In this document: positions 58,901 to 64,000 of the stretch, piece by piece | How positions within the stretch are numbered: position 1 is the stretch's first letter | How the letters are laid out: every line of letters begins with the position of its first letter | Assembly (NCBI GenBank): GCA_049700315.1 | Contig: JBNAVN010000001.1 | Coordinates: 4,776 to 68,775 of the forward strand | Reading direction: 5' to 3' | DNA length: 64,000 nt | Source of the DNA: a bacterium | GTDB lineage: Bacteria; Hydrothermota; Tepidihabitantia; SM23-42; JAOAFX01 | Made by a program: the position numbers and the translations under genes | Notes under the pieces: model-generated | Told to the model about the DNA's origin: nothing | Seen by the model: only the letters and a program-made list of their open reading frames with translations | Database searches by the model: none

Positions 58901-59524
58901 TTATTCATGCCCTCCTCCCATATAACTTCTCTCAATCCCTAAAAGAACGCGCAATGCCATGGATATTAATCCTAAGTCAATGCCAAACAAGATACCCCGC
59001 TTTGCTGCGGTATTGGGAACCTGCATTATCCACTCAACAAGGTCAGGAAATTTGTGCCAGATCAAATAGCCAATAGGAATTCTCCCAATCATCACAATTA
59101 CCGCGGCGGTCAGAAGCAGTGTTGCCTCAGGTGTCTTTGCCCTGAATGCCCTGAATGATGCTGACGCAACAAAAAAGGCAAGCAAAGAAAACATTGTTGC
59201 ACCAAGTGGAACCTGAAAATTTTCAAAGAGGTACAAAAATATCCTTGAATCCCTGCCACCAATGAATCCAGCACCAAGCATAATACCAAGAAAGAAAAGT
59301 AGAATTATGCTGTATTGCCAGTCCCGTAATTTGCGTTGAATTTTATCAATGTTTATTCTTATTAGATTGAATATCCCAATAAAGACAAAAAACGCAGCAA
59401 CACCCTGATACCACAACTGAAGCAATTGAGAACTATCCTGGGCAAATTTCGCAGGGATAAAAAAGGTTATCAGCATATAAAATCCACAACCGAAAACGAT
59501 TATCAAAGGTATAATTATCTTCAT
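58901..59524 (-). CDS. Module copy 3, protein B
   Basis: 207 aa. ASASFRAFRAK, EWIMQVPNTAAKRGILFG, LGIERSYMGG. Confidence 0.8.
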   Translation of the reverse strand: MKIIIPLIIVFGCGFYMLITFFIPAKFAQDSSQLLQLWYQGVAAFFVFIGIFNLIRINIDKIQRKLRDWQYSIILLFFLGIMLGAGFIGGRDSRIFLYLFENFQVPLGATMFSLLAFFVASASFRAFRAKTPEATLLLTAAVIVMIGRIPIGYLIWHKFPDLVEWIMQVPNTAAKRGILFGIDLGLISMALRVLLGIERSYMGGGHE

Positions 59525-60600
59525 TCTATCGTATTGAAAAGGCTTATAAAAAACTGCCAGTTCAAAAGCTGGCTTAAAACCCCAATGATTATTACACTGA
59601 TGAATATCAACTTTCCGAGATCCTGCCCTTTTAATGAACCTAACTGAACTGGTTCTTGAGAAAGATAAGCACTGGCTGCATACAATTCTTCACCAAGCAG
59701 TGTAAAATCACATGCCGCTACGAAGAATGGTAATTGATCAGACATTGCAGTGCCGGCAATCTGAATTGCCCCTGTTGAATGACCGGTTTCAGCAAGAATC
59801 AATGACTCAGCATAGAATGTGCCAAGGTATAAATTTGTTGCTGGTCTTTCACGAACCATAATACCATCCACTGCTGATACATAAGCAAATTGGTCATCTG
59901 TTATATAACGGATATTATCTGAATTATACCAATCAGAACGACCCATTCTGGTTGCTGATTCCTTTACAACCTGTTGTGCCATCGTCATTGCCATTGAATG
60001 ACAGGTCGGTACATATAAGGGTGTACCATATTCAGCAGTCTTCTCCGCAACCCGTGACAGAATGCTCATTGAGGCAATTGTCTGAGGGTCGTCAATATCC
60101 ATAATTCCCGGTACATATAAAACAGGCTTTCCCATTTCGGTTGCCCTGCCAATTGCCTCTTCAATGGCACTGAGCGCCGGTATTTTTCTGATAAACAAAT
60201 TACCACCTTTCCTTGCTTGGCTAATGTAAAAGATAACTGACCCAAAAAGGATTATTATGCATATTGCCAGCGGCAGGCGATACAAATTGAAATATTGAAC
60301 AACAGGTTTTATAGGACCGACAAGGTTGGAAAAAACCGTGTTATTATCAACGATACCAGCAATTTTGTAATAGTATGTTGCACCGGGTATTAAGTTATTA
60401 TCCTGATATGATTTCTCTTTCCCGTCAACCTCATCAATTTTCTCAAAAATTCCTTCAGGTTCAACACCCCTGAATATTTCAATCGTTCTATACTCAGTGT
60501 CAAACTGCCATTTCAGGGTTATGCTTGAACCATCATCATTGGGCGTGTCAAAAACCCTTAAATCAATGTTATATATAAGAAACAAACTAAATAAAAACAT
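59521..60600 (-). CDS. Module copy 3, protein A (one FN3-like domain + TM + conserved cytoplasmic domain + C-terminal TM)
   Basis: 359 aa. RKIPALSAIEEAIGRATEMGKPVLYVPG, AESLILAETGHSTGAIQIAGT, QLPFFVAACDFTLLGEELYAASAY. Confidence 0.8.
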   Translation of the reverse strand: MFLFSLFLIYNIDLRVFDTPNDDGSSITLKWQFDTEYRTIEIFRGVEPEGIFEKIDEVDGKEKSYQDNNLIPGATYYYKIAGIVDNNTVFSNLVGPIKPVVQYFNLYRLPLAICIIILFGSVIFYISQARKGGNLFIRKIPALSAIEEAIGRATEMGKPVLYVPGIMDIDDPQTIASMSILSRVAEKTAEYGTPLYVPTCHSMAMTMAQQVVKESATRMGRSDWYNSDNIRYITDDQFAYVSAVDGIMVRERPATNLYLGTFYAESLILAETGHSTGAIQIAGTAMSDQLPFFVAACDFTLLGEELYAASAYLSQEPVQLGSLKGQDLGKLIFISVIIIGVLSQLLNWQFFISLFNTIE

Positions 60601-60630
60601 CTAATAATTTTATTCAAAATAAATGCAATG

Positions 60631-61440
60631 TCAAGCATTTGTTCCACGCCACTTTCTGAAATACTTGATCGCACTAATCAAATGAAACCAAAAGAATCTA
60701 TTAAACAGTAAATCAATTATTTTTGTTTTTGCCGACCATCTGGAATATTGATGACGAAATTTTGCTTCGGGGAAATAGACCACTCTATATCCGTGATTTT
60801 GAAATCGGCGACACCAATCAACATCTTCAAAATATAGAAAAAATCTCTCATCCATTAAGCCAACCTTTTTTATCAAAGAATCCTTGGTCATCATCGCCGC
60901 ACCTAAGACCCAATCCACTTCTCTTGTTGTTTTGTGGTCAAAATCCAGCATCAGGTATCTTATCATTTCTTTTCTACCAAAAGATAGTTCTTTTAAAAAG
61001 GTTCGTCTAATAAGGGGCGTTAGAACCCCTGGAAAACGGAAACAAGAATTTTGAATTGTGTTGTCAAAATTCAGCAACTGTGGTGCCAGAATACCGATAT
61101 TTTCATCCATTTCAAAACATAATATCATTTTTTTAATTGCACCAGGCATTATCAGGACATCAGGATTGATGATTAATAGGTATTTACCATGGGCACTTTT
61201 TATTCCCTGATTCACAGCCCGGGCATACCCAAGATTCTTACTATTTTCTATCAATTGAATGGTTAAAATTTGTTCGTATTCTCTTACTAAATATTCCAGA
61301 GAAACTGTCGCAGTATTGTTAACAACAACAACCTCAGCATTAAAACCCGATAATACATCCTTAAGATTTTCCAGACAGTCTCTTAACACCCGGGCTGGAT
61401 TATAGTTAACAATTATTACTGAAATCATCTTTTTTTTCAA
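60631..61440 (-). CDS. Glycosyltransferase family 2 protein
   Basis: MISVIIVNYN...DxD region (YFEDVDW). 269 aa. Confidence 0.8.
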   Translation of the reverse strand: MKKKMISVIIVNYNPARVLRDCLENLKDVLSGFNAEVVVVNNTATVSLEYLVREYEQILTIQLIENSKNLGYARAVNQGIKSAHGKYLLIINPDVLIMPGAIKKMILCFEMDENIGILAPQLLNFDNTIQNSCFRFPGVLTPLIRRTFLKELSFGRKEMIRYLMLDFDHKTTREVDWVLGAAMMTKDSLIKKVGLMDERFFLYFEDVDWCRRFQNHGYRVVYFPEAKFRHQYSRWSAKTKIIDLLFNRFFWFHLISAIKYFRKWRGTNA

Positions 61441-62074
61441 GAATTACAAGCGACATTGGAATATTTTCTATTGGAGTGAACATTTTTTCTATTCTTATAA
61501 TAAAGTTTCTTTTATTAAGTTTATTTTCCGCCTGTCTTAATTCATTTTCAATTGCCATAGTTTTGTAGAAAATCGCCCTCCCTCCGGATGCGACCAGCCG
61601 GTCAATCGTTTTGACAAGATTACTGATCTTGCCTGCTGCCTTAACGAGAATCAAATCAAATTTTTTTGCTGTGTATTGCTCTGCTCGTGCATTAATTACC
61701 TTGGTATCAGATAGATTCAGGTGCTCAATCAAATACTCCAGGAAATGAGCCCTTTTTTTTACCGATTCAAAAAGGGTAAGATCTATTTCCGATCTCAGAA
61801 TCTTTACCGGCACTGATGGAAAACCTGCACCTGCTCCAATATCACATACATATTTTTCACTGCCAAGAAATTTTAATACAATTAGAGAAGGTAAAAAATG
61901 CTTCAGACTTATTCGGCTGAAATCGCTATGGGAAATAAGATGTAATCGACCCTCAAAACCATATAGAATCTTCAAATAATCGCGAAATTTGCTGATCACA
62001 ATCTCTGAATAATCTATTTTCATTTCTTCAAGACCCGTTTTCAGCACCTCAATTTCCCTGTCAACCGAGTGCAT
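61406..62074 (-). CDS. rsmG: 16S rRNA (guanine527-N7)-methyltransferase RsmG
   Basis: SAM-binding DIGAGAGFPSVPVKIL. GidB-family length and pattern. Confidence 0.8.
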   Translation of the reverse strand: MHSVDREIEVLKTGLEEMKIDYSEIVISKFRDYLKILYGFEGRLHLISHSDFSRISLKHFLPSLIVLKFLGSEKYVCDIGAGAGFPSVPVKILRSEIDLTLFESVKKRAHFLEYLIEHLNLSDTKVINARAEQYTAKKFDLILVKAAGKISNLVKTIDRLVASGGRAIFYKTMAIENELRQAENKLNKRNFIIRIEKMFTPIENIPMSLVILEKKDDFSNNC

Positions 62075-62091
62075 AATTGGAATCTCTATTC

Positions 62092-62850
62092 TTAGATTCT
62101 TCTCTTCTTAACTTGGTTCCAGACCTGGTCCATTTCTTTAAGACTCAATGATGACAAATCCCTTTTTTCTGCTGTTAGGATTTTCTGCATAAGTCTGAAT
62201 CTCTTCACAAATTTTTTGTTTGCCCGGCGCAATGCTTCTTCTGGGTCAATCCTCAAATGTCTTGCAATATTTACACAGGAAAATAATAGATCGCCCATCT
62301 CTTCCATTAGTCCTTTCCGTAATTTCGTTTTGTTCAATTCATCAATCTCTTCAATCAATTTCTCTTTTGCCCCTGCGGCATTATCCCAGTCAAATCCTAT
62401 GCGTGCAGCGCGCTCTTGAATCAATCTTGCCGCAAGTAATGCAGGCAGTGAGTATGGAATACCGTGAAAAATATCTTTTTTGGTGCTATGCCAGAATTTT
62501 ATAATTTCTTTCGTGTTTCTGAATTTCTTTGATTTAAAAACATGGGGATGTTTGGTCTGATATTTTCTAATAGTTGCTGAAATAACTTCTTTGAGTGGTG
62601 TGCCCTGTTCCTCAAGAATCTGACTTAAAAAAAAACCCAAAAAAAGTAAATCTCCGATCTCTTCCCTGATATCCACAATATTCTGTTCTTCAATTGCGCT
62701 GACAACTTCATATGCCTCTTCAATGACATTGTTTTTTATCGTTTTGAGGGTCTGTTTTCTATCCCAGGGACATTTTTTGCGTAAAGTTTTAACTAATTTA
62801 ATAAGTTCAAGGACTAAATCAGAATTCTTCAATTTCGCTTTCTTCTTCAC
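62092..62850 (-). CDS. mazG: Nucleoside triphosphate pyrophosphohydrolase MazG (tandem-domain)
   Basis: KCPWDRKQT motif. Two EExxE-type MazG domains. 252 aa. Confidence 0.85.
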   Translation of the reverse strand: MKKKAKLKNSDLVLELIKLVKTLRKKCPWDRKQTLKTIKNNVIEEAYEVVSAIEEQNIVDIREEIGDLLFLGFFLSQILEEQGTPLKEVISATIRKYQTKHPHVFKSKKFRNTKEIIKFWHSTKKDIFHGIPYSLPALLAARLIQERAARIGFDWDNAAGAKEKLIEEIDELNKTKLRKGLMEEMGDLLFSCVNIARHLRIDPEEALRRANKKFVKRFRLMQKILTAEKRDLSSLSLKEMDQVWNQVKKRRI

Positions 62851-63502
62851 TATCGGCCTTTACAAGATAACCAGCATTCTGAAAATCCGCATAAAAATCT
62901 TCTTCAAAATTCAAACAGCAAAGCAATTTTCCACATATTCCCGATAACTTGCTTGGCGCAACAAAAATCTTCTGTTCCCGTGCCATTCTTAATGATATTG
63001 ACTTTAGATCTCTCAAAAATGTAGCACAACAAATTCTTCTTCCACACGGACCAATTCCACCAGCATAACGTACATAATCACGCGCACCAATCTGTTTTAT
63101 CACAACCCGCTTGTTCAGTTTCTGAGAGATGTAGCGATGGAGTTTACGGAATTTCATCTTTTTTTCTGCGGTAAAATAAAATATCACCCTTTCCTCATCA
63201 TACTGGCAATGGGCGTAAACGACCTTCATATTCAGATTAAATTCATTTATTGCATTTTTCAATTCAATCAAACAAAACTCTTCATATTCTCTTAATTCTT
63301 CTATTTTGGCTGAATCTTCACCGTGTAAGGGGCGCAGAATTTGTCCAGCCACGGGTTCCAACTCATCACTTTGAAAGCCAATAATCTTACCCACATCAAC
63401 CCCATCACTACCTTTAAAAAGAATCTGGTCTCTGAGGGTATATATACCCTCTCCGGCAACATATACGGTCCAGAATGGAGTGACTTCCAATTGATAATTC
63501 AT
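62819..63502 (-). CDS. PSP1/YaaT(RicT)-like protein
   Basis: PSP1 C-terminal-domain-like pattern with Cys-rich GGIGPCGRRICCATFL. Confidence 0.6.
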   Translation of the reverse strand: MNYQLEVTPFWTVYVAGEGIYTLRDQILFKGSDGVDVGKIIGFQSDELEPVAGQILRPLHGEDSAKIEELREYEEFCLIELKNAINEFNLNMKVVYAHCQYDEERVIFYFTAEKKMKFRKLHRYISQKLNKRVVIKQIGARDYVRYAGGIGPCGRRICCATFLRDLKSISLRMAREQKIFVAPSKLSGICGKLLCCLNFEEDFYADFQNAGYLVKADSEEESEIEEF

Positions 63503-63777
63503 TGCTTCAAAAAATATACCTTCTCACCTTTTTTTATCATTCCCAGATCATCTCTTGCGCGTGTTTCAACAAACAATCCTCTGCGATAATCATCAATCCT
63601 TTTCTTCAGCAATTCATTCTCAGCGGAAAGAATAAGAATTTGCTTCTGCAATACCTTCTCAGTATGAAGGGCATTAACCAGTAAAAATAGTTTTCTGCCA
63701 AAATAAAATAACGGAATAAAAATAAAGACAATCACCAAAATCCAGCGCTTTAGTGATGAGAATATTTTCCTCTTCAT
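63499..63777 (-). CDS. ftsB: Septum formation initiator (FtsB/DivIC family)
   Basis: N-terminal TM followed by a leucine-zipper-like coiled coil (ILILSAENELLKKRIDDY). Confidence 0.55.
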   Translation of the reverse strand: MKRKIFSSLKRWILVIVFIFIPLFYFGRKLFLLVNALHTEKVLQKQILILSAENELLKKRIDDYRRGLFVETRARDDLGMIKKGEKVYFLKQ

Positions 63778-63800
63778 TTTTCCCTCACTAACAGAGGTCT

Positions 63801-64000
63801 TCAGTCGTGAGGCTTGTAGTGTTGATAGTAGTAATAATAACGGTGCCGATAGTATCGCTGAGTAACATCAACGCCATTCAAAACATAGCCGACAATCTTT
63901 TCACCAGCACGTTCCAGTTCTTCTTTTACCTCAAGAACTGCATCCCGATTTGTCTTGCCGGTCATAACCACCACAAGAATCCCATCACAGATCTTGCCTA
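63801..64000 (-). CDS. Partial CDS (C-terminal end; continues beyond window) of a BY-kinase / CpsD-CapB-type tyrosine autokinase
   Basis: Minus-strand translation ...VVMTGKTNRDAVLEVKEELERAGEKIVGYVLNGVDVTQRYYRHRYYYYYQHYKPHD*. C-terminal tyrosine cluster typical of BY-kinases. Stop at 63801-63803. Confidence 0.6.
   Translation of the reverse strand, partial: GKICDGILVVVMTGKTNRDAVLEVKEELERAGEKIVGYVLNGVDVTQRYYRHRYYYYYQHYKPHD

Noticed and set aside
1-64000. Mobile elements (transposases, integrases, phage genes) and restriction-modification or toxin-antitoxin systems
   Set aside because: No ORF showed integrase, transposase or phage structural motifs. The only mobility-like signals are the tRNA-adjacent repeats and gene debris, reported as findings.

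Overview
AT-rich fragment from a Gram-negative, diderm bacterium that uses type IX secretion and selenocysteine. Taxonomic assignment to an FCB-group or candidate-phylum lineage is inference only.

Left third (1-24 kb): housekeeping and envelope genes.
- mnmA, a cysteine desulfurase, purQ, an HcnB/OoxA-like flavoprotein pair, an MBL hydrolase and a bactofilin.
- A subtilase with a type IX secretion C-terminal sorting domain, an M23 peptidase, a formylglycine-generating-enzyme-family protein and a J-domain protein.
- A lipid A / LPS cluster: lpxB, an epimerase, a B12-binding radical SAM protein and a GT-B glycosyltransferase.
- tRNA-Leu(CAA) followed by two ~152 bp direct repeats and gene debris, a GH57 glycosidase, a TPR protein and tRNA-Arg(CCT).

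Middle (24.4-27.5 kb): two selenoprotein genes whose N-termini read through in-frame TGA codons and are missed by the ORF track.
- selD, the selenophosphate synthetase.
- A type IX secretion cargo protein with a thioredoxin-like U-x-x-C motif.

Most unusual feature: a four-gene module of unrecognised membrane proteins (A, B, C, D), present three times.
- A has N-terminal FN3-like repeats, a TM helix and a conserved ~230 aa cytoplasmic domain.
- B is polytopic, C is bitopic with a periplasmic domain, and D is polytopic.
- Two copies sit in tandem on the + strand (31.5-39.6 kb), headed by a four-helix-bundle gene.
- The third copy is inverted (57.4-60.6 kb).

The third copy opens a ~21 kb minus-strand gene string (39.7-60.6 kb).
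- DUF4388 and roadblock/LC7 (MglB-like) proteins and two small membrane proteins.
- ExbB, two ExbD paralogues and TonB.
- A lipoprotein, a TonB-dependent receptor, a PorU-position protein and a PorV-like protein.
- Type IX secretion cargo: a C10 peptidase and a BNR glycosidase-like protein.

Right end: a GT2 glycosyltransferase, rsmG, mazG, a PSP1/RicT-like protein, ftsB and the C-terminal fragment of a BY-kinase.

No transposase, integrase or CRISPR array was seen.
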